NCBI GenBank assembly: GCA_030604905.1
Contig: JAUVVA010000002.1
Location: 8,641 to 72,640, forward strand
Direction: 5' to 3'
DNA from: Verrucomicrobiota bacterium
GTDB taxonomy: Bacteria > Verrucomicrobiota > Verrucomicrobiia > Opitutales > Opitutaceae
Length of the DNA: 64,000 nt
In this document: positions 53,993 to 62,485 of the stretch, piece after piece
How the letters are laid out: each line of letters opens with the position of its first letter
Position numbering within the stretch: position 1 is the first letter of the stretch
The notes under the pieces: model-generated
The model's input: the letters and a program-made list of their open reading frames with translations, nothing else
The model's database searches: none
Told to the model about the DNA's origin: nothing
Made by a program: the position numbers and the translations under genes

Positions 53993-56187
53993 GCGCCCCG
54001 GCCGCCGCCACCGCCGCCGCGCCCGCCCCGGGCAGCTCGCCGCTCTTCCAGCGCCGGGCCGACCTGGTGTTCACCGTCGCGCTCTTCGCCACGGTGATGC
54101 TGCTCATCATGCCCGTGCCCAGCCTGATGCTGGACGGGCTGCTCGCCATCAGCCTCGGCTTCTCGCTGCTCGTGCTGATGGTCGTGGTCTATGTGAAGGA
54201 CCCGCCGGAGTTCTCCGGTTTCCCCACGATCCTGCTCGCCTTCACGCTGTTTCGCCTGGCGCTCAACATCTGCACCACGCGCCTCATCCTCACCGAGGGC
54301 CACGCGGGCGATGTGATCAACTCCTTCGGCCACTTCGTCATCCAGGGCAACTACATCGTCGGCTTCGTCGTCTTCATCATCCTCGTGCTGATTAACTTCG
54401 TGGTCATCACGAAGGGCGCGGGCCGCATCGCCGAGGTGAGCGCGCGCTTCACGCTCGACGCGCTCCCCGGCAAGCAGATGGCGATCGACGCCGAGCTCAA
54501 CGCCGGCGCGATCGACGAGGCCGCCGCCACCGCCCGCCGCCGCAAGGTGCAGAAGGAGGCCGATTTTTACGGCGCGATGGACGGCGCCTCGAAGTTCGTC
54601 CGCGGCGAGGCCATCGCCGGCATCCTCATCACCCTGGTCAACGTCCTCGGCGGCTTCGCCATCGGCGTGCTCCAGATGGACCTCTCGCTCGGCGAGTCGC
54701 TCCAGCGCTTCACCCTGCTCTCGATCGGCGATGGCCTCGTCTCGCAGATCCCGGCGCTCGTGGTCTCGGTCGCGGCCGGCGTGCTCGTCACCCGCGCCTC
54801 GGAAAACTCCAACCTCGGCGTGCAGATCGGCCGGCAGCTCACCGCCCATCCCCGGGCGCTGCGCATCGTCGGCATCATGCTCGGGCTCTTCGGCCTCCTC
54901 CCCGGCATGCCGCTCATCCCCTTCGCGATCCTGGGCGGGCTCGCCTGGTATGTCGGCAAGCAGCTCGGGCGCGGACAACCGGACGAATTTACCGAGGCCG
55001 AGGCGGGCACGGAGAAACCCGCCTCGCCCGGCGGCGCGGCCGGTGGCGGGGCCGGCGCAGCGGCGACGGCGAGCGGCGGCGCGGCCTCGGCCTCGCCCAT
55101 CGCCGAGGAGTTTCGCCGCGTGATCGACCAGGATGTCTTTGCCATCGAGGTCGGCTACGGCCTGCTCTCGCTCGCCGACGCCGCGCGCGGCGGCGACCTG
55201 CTGGCCCGCATCACCGGCGTGCGCAAGACCCTCGCCCGCGAGCGCGGCGTCATCGTCCCGCCGATCTCGGTGCGCGACAACCTCGAGCTCGAGACCAACG
55301 ACTACCGCTTCCTGCTCCGCGGCAAACCCGTCGGCCGCGGCGCCGTGCAGGCCGGCCGCTGGATGGCGATGAACGTCGGCGGCAGCCGCGTCGCCCTGCG
55401 CGGCACGCCCTGCCGCGAGCCGGTCTTCGGGCTTGAGGCGGTCTGGATCGAGGACTCCGAGCGCAAGGTCGCCGAGCTCAACGGCTACACCGTCGTGGAC
55501 GCCGCCTCGGTGGTCATCACCCACCTCTCCGAGGTGCTCAAGGGCTCCGCCCACCACCTGCTCGGCCGCCAGGACGTGCAGACGCTGGTGGACCACGTGA
55601 AGACCACGCACCCGGCGCTGGTGGCCGAGCTGCTGCCTGATTTGGTCAATCTCGGCGTCATCCAGCGCGTCCTGCAAAACCTGCTCCGCGAGGGCGTGCC
55701 CGTGCTCGCCTTGCCGCTGATCCTCGAAGGAGTGGCGGATTTCGCGCCCGCGACCAAAAATCCCGACGACCTGAGCGAGCTGGTGCGGCGTCGGCTCGGG
55801 TTGTATTTCGTCGGTGAATACGAGACGCGTCCCGGTGCGGTCCGCGCGCTGACCCTGGACCCGCGCCTGGAGCAGGCGCTCGCCCAGCGGGTGCACCGTT
55901 CGCCGGGCGAGGTCGGCCTCGCGCTCGACCCGCTGCTCGGGCGCCACCTGCTGGAGCACCTGTCGCGCGGGGTGAACACCCTCACCGAGGGCGGCGGCCC
56001 GGCGGTGGTGGTGGTGGGCGCGGAGATTCGCCTGCCGCTGCGCCGCTTCCTCGAGCCCTCGTTCCCGCGCGTCGCCGTGCTGGCCTATCAGGAACTGCCC
56101 TCCGCCGTGGAGGTGGAGAACGCCGGCATCGTGCCCTTGCCCGCCCACCTCGCCGCCGCCCCCGCCCCGGCGCGCGCCGCCGCCTGA
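53989..56187 (+). CDS. flhA: FlhA
   Basis: 'RIAEVSARFTLDALPGKQMAIDA' and 'FYGAMDGASKFV'. Confidence 0.97.
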   Translation: MSAPAAATAAAPAPGSSPLFQRRADLVFTVALFATVMLLIMPVPSLMLDGLLAISLGFSLLVLMVVVYVKDPPEFSGFPTILLAFTLFRLALNICTTRLILTEGHAGDVINSFGHFVIQGNYIVGFVVFIILVLINFVVITKGAGRIAEVSARFTLDALPGKQMAIDAELNAGAIDEAAATARRRKVQKEADFYGAMDGASKFVRGEAIAGILITLVNVLGGFAIGVLQMDLSLGESLQRFTLLSIGDGLVSQIPALVVSVAAGVLVTRASENSNLGVQIGRQLTAHPRALRIVGIMLGLFGLLPGMPLIPFAILGGLAWYVGKQLGRGQPDEFTEAEAGTEKPASPGGAAGGGAGAAATASGGAASASPIAEEFRRVIDQDVFAIEVGYGLLSLADAARGGDLLARITGVRKTLARERGVIVPPISVRDNLELETNDYRFLLRGKPVGRGAVQAGRWMAMNVGGSRVALRGTPCREPVFGLEAVWIEDSERKVAELNGYTVVDAASVVITHLSEVLKGSAHHLLGRQDVQTLVDHVKTTHPALVAELLPDLVNLGVIQRVLQNLLREGVPVLALPLILEGVADFAPATKNPDDLSELVRRRLGLYFVGEYETRPGAVRALTLDPRLEQALAQRVHRSPGEVGLALDPLLGRHLLEHLSRGVNTLTEGGGPAVVVVGAEIRLPLRRFLEPSFPRVAVLAYQELPSAVEVENAGIVPLPAHLAAAPAPARAAA

Positions 56188-56202
56188 TCCTTCGCTACCG
56201 CC

Positions 56203-57312
56203 ATGGCTCTCGCCGTCCAGCCCCTTGTCCCGTCCGCCGCCGTCGGCGTCGCCGTGCCCGGCACCTACCGCTTTGAGGTGGGCTCGGCCGCGGAGGCCGT
56301 GGCCACCATCCAGGCGCGGCTCGGGGCCGAGGCGCGCGTGCTCTCGGTCAACTCGCGCCCGCGTCGCGGGCTGGCCCGGCTCTGGGGCGCGCCGCGTTAC
56401 GAAGTCATCGCCGAGCTGCCCGCGACGAGCGGCGCTTTGGAAACCGGGATGGGCGTCTCGCCCGTGATCGACGGCGTGGCCGGACGCTCCGCGGCGCCCG
56501 AGCCCACCGGCGAGACACCTCTGTCACTTTCCAACAGCCCCGTGCCGCTCCTCGATGGCTCGCGCCTGCCGGCCCTGCTGCGCCGCGCCGGCTTCCCCGA
56601 GCGCCTGCTCGCGAGGCTGGAAGCCTCCCCGGGTTGGAGCCGTGCGCTCGCGCGGCCCCTGCACGAGGCGCTGGCGGATCTGCACCGCGATCTCCGCGCG
56701 GCCTCGCGCCCGGCGCGCCCGCTGCCGCGCCGCGTCGCCTTTCTCGGCGGGTCCGGGGTGGGGCGCAGCACCGCGCTCTGCAAGTTGCTCTCGCACGAGG
56801 TGCTGTCGCGAGGCGCGAGCGGCCGGGTGTGGCGGGTGGAGTTTGGCCGGGCCAACCCCGCGCCGATGCTCGACGTGTTTGGCGAGGCGCTGGGCGTGCC
56901 GGTGGAGCACTACGCGCCGGGCTTTGGCGCCGCGGGGGCGGGGGAGGGGTTCTTGTTCGCCGATCTGCCCGCGCTGCCCGCCGCGGGGTCGGCCGAGGAT
57001 CGCGCGTTGCGCCAGTTTCTCGACGCGGAGGCTTTCGACGGGCGCGTGCTCGTGCTCAACGCCGCCTACGAGGCCGACGGGCTTCGCGCCGCCTATGCGC
57101 GCGGGCTGGAGCTGGGCGCCACGCACCTCGTCTGCACCCATCTCGACGAGACGCCGCGCTGGGGCCGGCTCTGGGAATTCCTGCTCGAGGGCGAGCTCTC
57201 ACCGCTCTTTTTCGCCACCGGTCCCGGCCTCACCGGGGACATGCGCGCGGACGTCCTCGACGCCCTCCTCGCCCGCACCCTGCCGCTCCGAAGGGAGGCC
57301 TTTGCCGCATGA
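56203..57312 (+). CDS. flhF: FlhF-like SRP-family protein with degenerate GTPase motifs
   Basis: Position after flhA; N-terminal B-domain motif 'AEAVATIQARLGAEARVLS'; G-motifs read GGSGVGRST, DLPA and THLDE. Confidence 0.8.
   Translation: MALAVQPLVPSAAVGVAVPGTYRFEVGSAAEAVATIQARLGAEARVLSVNSRPRRGLARLWGAPRYEVIAELPATSGALETGMGVSPVIDGVAGRSAAPEPTGETPLSLSNSPVPLLDGSRLPALLRRAGFPERLLARLEASPGWSRALARPLHEALADLHRDLRAASRPARPLPRRVAFLGGSGVGRSTALCKLLSHEVLSRGASGRVWRVEFGRANPAPMLDVFGEALGVPVEHYAPGFGAAGAGEGFLFADLPALPAAGSAEDRALRQFLDAEAFDGRVLVLNAAYEADGLRAAYARGLELGATHLVCTHLDETPRWGRLWEFLLEGELSPLFFATGPGLTGDMRADVLDALLARTLPLRREAFAA
56444..56527. repeat. Inverted REP doublet (REPIN-like) in frame within flhF
   Basis: GGGATGGGCGTCTCGCCCGTG … CACCGGCGAGACACCTCTGTCAC; translates as GMGVSPV…TGETPLS. 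Confidence 0.7.
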
Positions 57313-57677
57313 GATTCGCCTTCCTGATTTCCGGCATCGCGGGCTGCCTGCTCGTCGGCCTCGTCGGTCTCGCCTCGGGGCGGGATTTCGAGCCCGTGCT
57401 GCGCGACGCCGCGCTCGCCTGCCTCGTCTGCGCCTTTGTGGGTCGCTGGTTTTGGGGCGGCCTCGAGCGCGCCTTCGCCGAGACGCTCGCCGTGCGGCGG
57501 GCCGCCGCGGAGGCCGCCGAGGCGGCCGAGCAGGAGGCCGCGGCGCGGGCCGTCCCCGCCGTCTCCGCCGCCCCGCGCGCCGCCGCGTCCGCGGCAAAAG
57601 TTTCCCCGTCCAACCCCGCCCTTTCGTCCCCGCCCGCGGCGCGTCCCGCCGCCTCTCCCGTCACCGCCCGTCGTTAA
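57309..57677 (+). CDS. Small two-TM hypothetical protein in the usual flhG position
   Basis: ATGA overlap with flhF; MRFAFLISGIAGCLLVGLVG…; Ala/Pro tail. Confidence 0.75.
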   Translation: MRFAFLISGIAGCLLVGLVGLASGRDFEPVLRDAALACLVCAFVGRWFWGGLERAFAETLAVRRAAAEAAEAAEQEAAARAVPAVSAAPRAAASAAKVSPSNPALSSPPAARPAASPVTARR

Positions 57678-57701
57678 TCGCCGCAGTCTCCCTCACGCTT
57701 C

Positions 57702-58547
57702 ATGAACTCACCCACCCACGCTCGCGCCGTCGCCGCCCCCGTCGAGTCCGATCACCCCGAGGCGGCCTCCTTCGTGCCCGCATCCGCTCCGGCCGCCGGC
57801 TCCGCGGCCTGGCGCGCCTACCAGTCCGTCGGCGGCTCGCTCGACGAGAAGGACCTGCTCGAGCGCTACCTGCCGCTCGTGCGCAACGTCGTGGACCGCA
57901 TCCGCCTCACCTTGCCCGCGCATGTGGACGCCGACGATCTCTACGGCGTCGGGGTCACGGGGCTGATCGCCGCGGTGAAGCGCTACGATCCCGAGCAGCA
58001 GCACACCTTCGCCGGCTATGCGACCATGCGCATCCGGGGCGCGGTGCTCGACGAGTTGCGCCGGCTCGATTGGTTCCCGCGCCGCGCCCGCGCCAAGGCC
58101 CGCAAGCTCAAGGGCGCCATCGCCGAGCTGGAGCAGGCGCTCGGCCGCGCGCCCGAGGACGCGGAGATCGCCGCCAAGCTCGGCCTCTCGCGCAAGGAGT
58201 ATGACCACTGGATGGTGGAGGTCCGGCCGATCAGTTTCGTGGCCATCGACGACAACCCCGAGAGCGAGGAGGGCGGGGGAGTGAGTCGCCACGAGACCAT
58301 CGCCGACGAGCAAGCCGTTCCGGTGCAGGCGCAAATGGAGAACCAGGAGCTTTCCGAAATCATCGCTCAAAAAATCTCCGAGTTGCCCGATATCCAACGA
58401 CGTGTCCTCGCGATGTATTACCACGAAAACATGCGGCTGGCGGAGATCGCCGCCGTCTTCGGGCTCACCGAGTCGCGAATCTGCCAGATCCACTCCAAGG
58501 CGATCCTCGGCCTGCGCGCCCACATCGGCGCGGCGCGCAACCGCTGA
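57702..58547 (+). CDS. fliA: Flagellar sigma factor sigma28 (FliA/WhiG)
   Basis: 'RIRGAVLDELRRLDW' and 'LTESRICQIHSKA'. Confidence 0.96.
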   Translation: MNSPTHARAVAAPVESDHPEAASFVPASAPAAGSAAWRAYQSVGGSLDEKDLLERYLPLVRNVVDRIRLTLPAHVDADDLYGVGVTGLIAAVKRYDPEQQHTFAGYATMRIRGAVLDELRRLDWFPRRARAKARKLKGAIAELEQALGRAPEDAEIAAKLGLSRKEYDHWMVEVRPISFVAIDDNPESEEGGGVSRHETIADEQAVPVQAQMENQELSEIIAQKISELPDIQRRVLAMYYHENMRLAEIAAVFGLTESRICQIHSKAILGLRAHIGAARNR

Positions 58548-58604
58548 GGACGCCGCCCGCCGTTTCGCCTCAAGCCGGTCCGCCCGCCTCGCCGTTTCCC
58601 GCCC

Positions 58605-59459
58605 ATGTTGATCCTCATCGGCCTCGTCATCGTTTTCGTGTCGGTGATCGGCGGCTTCATGATGGCCGGCGGGCATCCGGGCGTGCTCATGCACGCCTCC
58701 GAGTTTGTCATCATCTTCGGCATGGCCGGCGGCGTCTTGGTGGTCGCGACCCCGATGCCGGTGATCAAGGAGATCATCGCCAAGCTGAAGATCGCGCTCG
58801 CCGGCAAGGGCGACTCGAAGGCGAGCTACGAGGAGCTCTTCAAGGTCTCCTACGAGATCTTCCTCGTCGGGCGCCGCAACGGCCTGATCGCGCTCGAGGA
58901 GCACGTGATGAATCCCGGCGCGAGTGCCATCTTCAAAAAGTATCCGGCCTTCACGGCGCACCCGGCGCGGATGGAGTTTTTCGTCAACGGCATGCGCCCG
59001 ATCATCGACGGCAAGATCAAGCCCGACCAGCTGGAGAGCCTGCTCGAGGCCGAGCTCAGCGCCAAGCAGGAGGAGGCGGGGCACCCGGTGCACGCCTTGC
59101 AATTGATCGCCGACTCCCTGCCCGCCATCGGCATCGTCGCCGCGGTGCTGGGCATCATCAACACGATGTCGGCCATCGCCGACGGGCCCGAGGCGGTGGG
59201 CGCGAAGGTCGCCGCCGCGCTCACCGGCACCATGCTCGGCGTGTTCTCCGCCTACGGCGTGGTGGCTCCGCTGGCCGGTCGCATCCACACGGTCAACGAG
59301 GCCGAGACCGCCTTCCTGCGTTGCAGCGCCACCGCGATCGCGGGCTTCGCCAAGGGCATGGCGCCCATCACCGCCATCGAGGTGGCGCGCCGCACCGTGC
59401 GTCACGATTGCCAGCCCGGCGCCGACGAGCTCGAGGAGATGCTCAAGGCGATCAAGTAG
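58605..59459 (+). CDS. motA: Stator protein MotA
   Basis: 'RRNGLIALE', 'PAIGIVAAVLGII', 'ALTGT' and 'AIEVAR'. Confidence 0.96.
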   Translation: MLILIGLVIVFVSVIGGFMMAGGHPGVLMHASEFVIIFGMAGGVLVVATPMPVIKEIIAKLKIALAGKGDSKASYEELFKVSYEIFLVGRRNGLIALEEHVMNPGASAIFKKYPAFTAHPARMEFFVNGMRPIIDGKIKPDQLESLLEAELSAKQEEAGHPVHALQLIADSLPAIGIVAAVLGIINTMSAIADGPEAVGAKVAAALTGTMLGVFSAYGVVAPLAGRIHTVNEAETAFLRCSATAIAGFAKGMAPITAIEVARRTVRHDCQPGADELEEMLKAIK

Positions 59460-59492
59460 ACCGGCCCGGCCAACCTCGACCCCCCACCCGAC

Positions 59493-60251
59493 ATGGCAGG
59501 CAAAGGCGGCGCTTGGAAAGTGGCTTTCGCGGACTTCATGACCGCGATGATGGCCTTTTTCTTGGTCATGTGGCTCTCTGCCCAAGACAAGGAAATCCTC
59601 ATCGCGACCTCGAAGTATTTCCAAAACCCCTTCCACTCACCGCACACCGCGAAGTCGGGCTTGCTCAACTTCGAGTCCACGAAGGCGCAGGGCGGCGACA
59701 CGCTCAAGGACGACAAGGCCGGCAGCACGTCATCGGCCCACACCATCGACCTGCAGTTTCTCAATTCCGTCGCGAAGGACGTCTATCGGCTGCTCAATCT
59801 CGACGAGGCCCTCGCCGACAAGCCCATCGAGGTGCAGGTGACGAGCGACGGCCTCCGAATCATTCTCTACGACCGTGCGCGTCAGCCGCTCTTCGAGCCC
59901 CGCAGTGCGAGCTTCACCTCCTGGGGCGGTTTTGTGATGCAGAGCATGGCCTGGCTCATCGAGCGCCATGGGTTCCTCGTCGTGATCGAAGGTCACACCC
60001 GCGCCGGGCTCGTGCTCGACACGCCCGAATACGGGCTCTGGGAGCTCTCCGCCGACCGGGCCAATGCCGCCCGGCGCGCCCTGGTGCGCTACGCGGTCGA
60101 TGAGGTCATGATCGAGCGGGTGACCGGCTTTGCCGACACCCGTCCCATGCCCGCTCTCGCGCCCGACTCGGAGAGCAACCAGCGCGTCACGCTCAGCCTG
60201 CGCCTGGGCCGTCCCCCCTCTCGACCGGCCGCCGCCGCCTCTCACCCATGA
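59493..60251 (+). CDS. motB: Stator protein MotB
   Basis: 'WKVAFADFMTAMMAFF'; OmpA-like 'EGHT…WELSADRA…NQRV'. Confidence 0.96.
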   Translation: MAGKGGAWKVAFADFMTAMMAFFLVMWLSAQDKEILIATSKYFQNPFHSPHTAKSGLLNFESTKAQGGDTLKDDKAGSTSSAHTIDLQFLNSVAKDVYRLLNLDEALADKPIEVQVTSDGLRIILYDRARQPLFEPRSASFTSWGGFVMQSMAWLIERHGFLVVIEGHTRAGLVLDTPEYGLWELSADRANAARRALVRYAVDEVMIERVTGFADTRPMPALAPDSESNQRVTLSLRLGRPPSRPAAAASHP

Positions 60252-60499
60252 AGTCCTTCCTTTCCGGCCGCCCCCGCGTCGCCACCCCTGAGTCCCCGCG
60301 CGAGCAGGCTGCCGCGCTCGCTCCCGCCGGCTCGGCTCCGCGCGTGCTCGCCGCGGCCGCCGCCTGCCCGGCGGCCGGCTCCGCGCGCGGGCCTTTGGTG
60401 GAGTGCGTCCGGGAGGGAGATCGTGTCGTGCGCCTCGTCGTCACCTGCGCCTGCGGCGAGCGGGTCGAGATCGACTGCCTTTACGGCGCGGGCGTCTGA
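60248..60499 (+). CDS. Small Cys-motif hypothetical protein coupled to motB
   Basis: ATGA overlap; 'VVTCACGERVEIDCLY'. Confidence 0.7.
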   Translation: MKSFLSGRPRVATPESPREQAAALAPAGSAPRVLAAAAACPAAGSARGPLVECVREGDRVVRLVVTCACGERVEIDCLYGAGV

Positions 60500-60531
60500 C
60501 TCTCGGCGTGCCGCCGGCTCTCGGCGCGGTT

Positions 60532-60703
60532 TAGGGTGTGTCTGGGAAATAAACTCGTCGTGCGCCAGAGGAGAAACTCGCTCGGCCAAGGCGCCCGAGG
60601 CGGGGGTGGACCAGCGGTCCATGCCGCCGAGGGCAACGCCGGCCCAGCGAGTTTCTCCTCTGGTTTGCGCGCATGATGAGTTTATTTGCCAGACACACCC
60701 TAG
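60532..60703. mobile_element. ~170-bp MITE with long terminal inverted repeats
   Basis: TAGGGTGTGTCTGGGAAATAAACTC…GAGAAACTCGCT / AGCGAGTTTCTC…GAGTTTATTTGCCAGACACACCCTAG; TTAG/CTAG flanks; no transposase. Confidence 0.8.
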
Positions 60704-62238
60704 GAAGCGCCGGGGCCGAAGGGCAGGCCGAGGAAATACCAGAGCGCGAAGAGCGCGGAGGAGCCGAGGCCGAACCAGACCGAGTAGGGCAACATCGTGG
60801 CCAGGAGCGAGCCGATGCCAAAGCCCGGCACGTAGCGCTGGCACATCACCAGCACGAGCGGGAAGTAGGGCAGGAGGGGCGCGATGGGGTTGGTGAAGGA
60901 GTCGCCCACGCGATAGGCCGCCTGGGTCGCCTCGGGCGGGATGCCGACCAGCATCAACATCGGCACCATCACCGGGGCCAGGATCGCCCACTTGGCGGAG
61001 GCGCTTCCGATCACGAGGTTGAGGGAGCAGGCCACGGCGATCAGCGCGAGCAGCACCGGCAGCCCGGTGAAGCCCACCGATTCAAGCAGGGCGGCGCCCT
61101 TGATCGCGAGGATCGCGCCGAGGTTGGACGCCGCGAACTGCGCGATGAAGATCGAGGCCGCGAAGGCCAGCACGATGTAGCCGCCCATGTCCGACATGCT
61201 ACGGCTCATCATCCCGACCACGTCGTGATCGCTGCGGATCACCCCTTTGCCGACACCGTAGGCGACTCCCACGACGGCAAAGGAAACGAAGAGCACCGCG
61301 TCGAGACTGTTCAGGAAGGGAGTCACGGTGCCGCGCGCGTCGCGAAAGACCGCCCCCTCGGGCAACACCAGCGCTCCGAAGACCGCCACCACCCCGAGCA
61401 AGGCGGCGCCGGCCCAGATCATCCCGCGCCGTTCCCGCGCGGCGTCCGGCGCCGTCTCGGCCAGCGCCTCACGTCCGGCTTGCAGCGCTTCCGGGGTCAC
61501 CGGCGCAGTGCGCTGCAGTCGCGGCTCGACGAAGCGGTCCGTCACCCAGGCGCCGAGCAGCGTGTAGACCGGCACGAAGGCGATCATCAGGTAGTAATTG
61601 GCCGTGATGGCCACGGCGCTCTCCGGCTCGATCAGGCGGGCCGCGGCCTCCGTGATGCCGCTCAGCAGCGGGTCCAGCGAGGTGATGAGGAGGTTCGCGG
61701 TGTAGCCGCCGGACACCCCGGCGAAACCCGCCGCGATGCCCGCGATCGGGTGCCGACCCGCCGACGCGAACACCGCGCCCGCCAGCGGAATCATCACCAC
61801 GTAGCCCGCGTCGGCCGCGAGGCTGGCCTGCACGCTGGCAAACATCACCGCCAGGGTGAGGAAGCGTCGCGGCGTGGCCCGCACGAGGCCGCCCAGGGCC
61901 GAGGCGATCAAGCCGGTGCGCTCCGCGATGCCCACGCCCATCATCACGATCAACACGAGCGCGAGTGGCGGGAAGGCCGCGAAGATCTGCGGCATTTGGT
62001 CGAAAAGGCGCTGCACGCTCGGCCCGGCGAGCAGGTTCACCGCGACCAACTCCTGTTTCGTCCCCGGATGGACGGCGGAGACCGCCACCGATGCCGCAAT
62101 CGCCGAACCAAGCATCAAGCCCACGATCGCGATCAGGAAGAGGGTCGCGGGGTGGGGGAGGCGGTTGCCCGCTTTTTCGATCAGGTTGAGAAAGCGTGGG
62201 ATCAGGGTGGACGTCAGAGGCATGGCAGGTGATGGCAC
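60700..62238 (-). CDS. abgT: AbgT-family (p-aminobenzoyl-glutamate) transporter
   Basis: 'EKAGNRLPHP', 'GRHPIAG', 'GSASAKWA' and 'AYRVGDS'. Start may be 62223. Confidence 0.95.
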   Translation of the reverse strand: MPSPAMPLTSTLIPRFLNLIEKAGNRLPHPATLFLIAIVGLMLGSAIAASVAVSAVHPGTKQELVAVNLLAGPSVQRLFDQMPQIFAAFPPLALVLIVMMGVGIAERTGLIASALGGLVRATPRRFLTLAVMFASVQASLAADAGYVVMIPLAGAVFASAGRHPIAGIAAGFAGVSGGYTANLLITSLDPLLSGITEAAARLIEPESAVAITANYYLMIAFVPVYTLLGAWVTDRFVEPRLQRTAPVTPEALQAGREALAETAPDAARERRGMIWAGAALLGVVAVFGALVLPEGAVFRDARGTVTPFLNSLDAVLFVSFAVVGVAYGVGKGVIRSDHDVVGMMSRSMSDMGGYIVLAFAASIFIAQFAASNLGAILAIKGAALLESVGFTGLPVLLALIAVACSLNLVIGSASAKWAILAPVMVPMLMLVGIPPEATQAAYRVGDSFTNPIAPLLPYFPLVLVMCQRYVPGFGIGSLLATMLPYSVWFGLGSSALFALWYFLGLPFGPGAS

Positions 62239-62371
62239 AGCCGCTTAAGCCGGGCCAAGCCGGGCGTCCACCTTGCGTGGCCGTGGCCGCTCGCTTTGGG
62301 CAAAACTACGCCATCCAATCCGTTGACCGAGGACCCGACCCCGCGCCGCGGGCGCAGGACTCGGGGGCGGA

Positions 62372-62384
62372 GGCAAATCTTGCC
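62372..62384. promoter_or_regulatory. Enhancer-like dyad GGCAAATCTTGCC upstream of flgF
   Basis: 87 bp upstream of the -24 GG. Confidence 0.65.
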
Positions 62385-62426
62385 GCCTGTCGCGGGGTAA
62401 AAGGTAGAGGATGTCGGAATCTTCCG

Positions 62427-62439
62427 CAAAAACTTGATA
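62427..62439 (-). promoter_or_regulatory. IHF consensus site between enhancer and sigma54 promoter
   Basis: TATCAAGTTTTTG matches WATCAANNNNTTR. Confidence 0.55.
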
Positions 62440-62457
62440 GAAAACGAGAAACCCAAC

Positions 62458-62473
62458 TGGCACTCGCGCTGCT
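62458..62473 (+). promoter_or_regulatory. sigma54 promoter of flgF-flgG
   Basis: TGGCACTCGCGCTGCT (GG-N10-GC); ATG 14 nt after the -12 C. Confidence 0.8.
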
Positions 62474-62485
62474 TAGCTTGAGTGC

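Noticed and set aside
38180-56187. Non-flagellar type III injectisome
   Set aside because: Rod, hook, C-ring, stator and fliA genes identify a flagellum.
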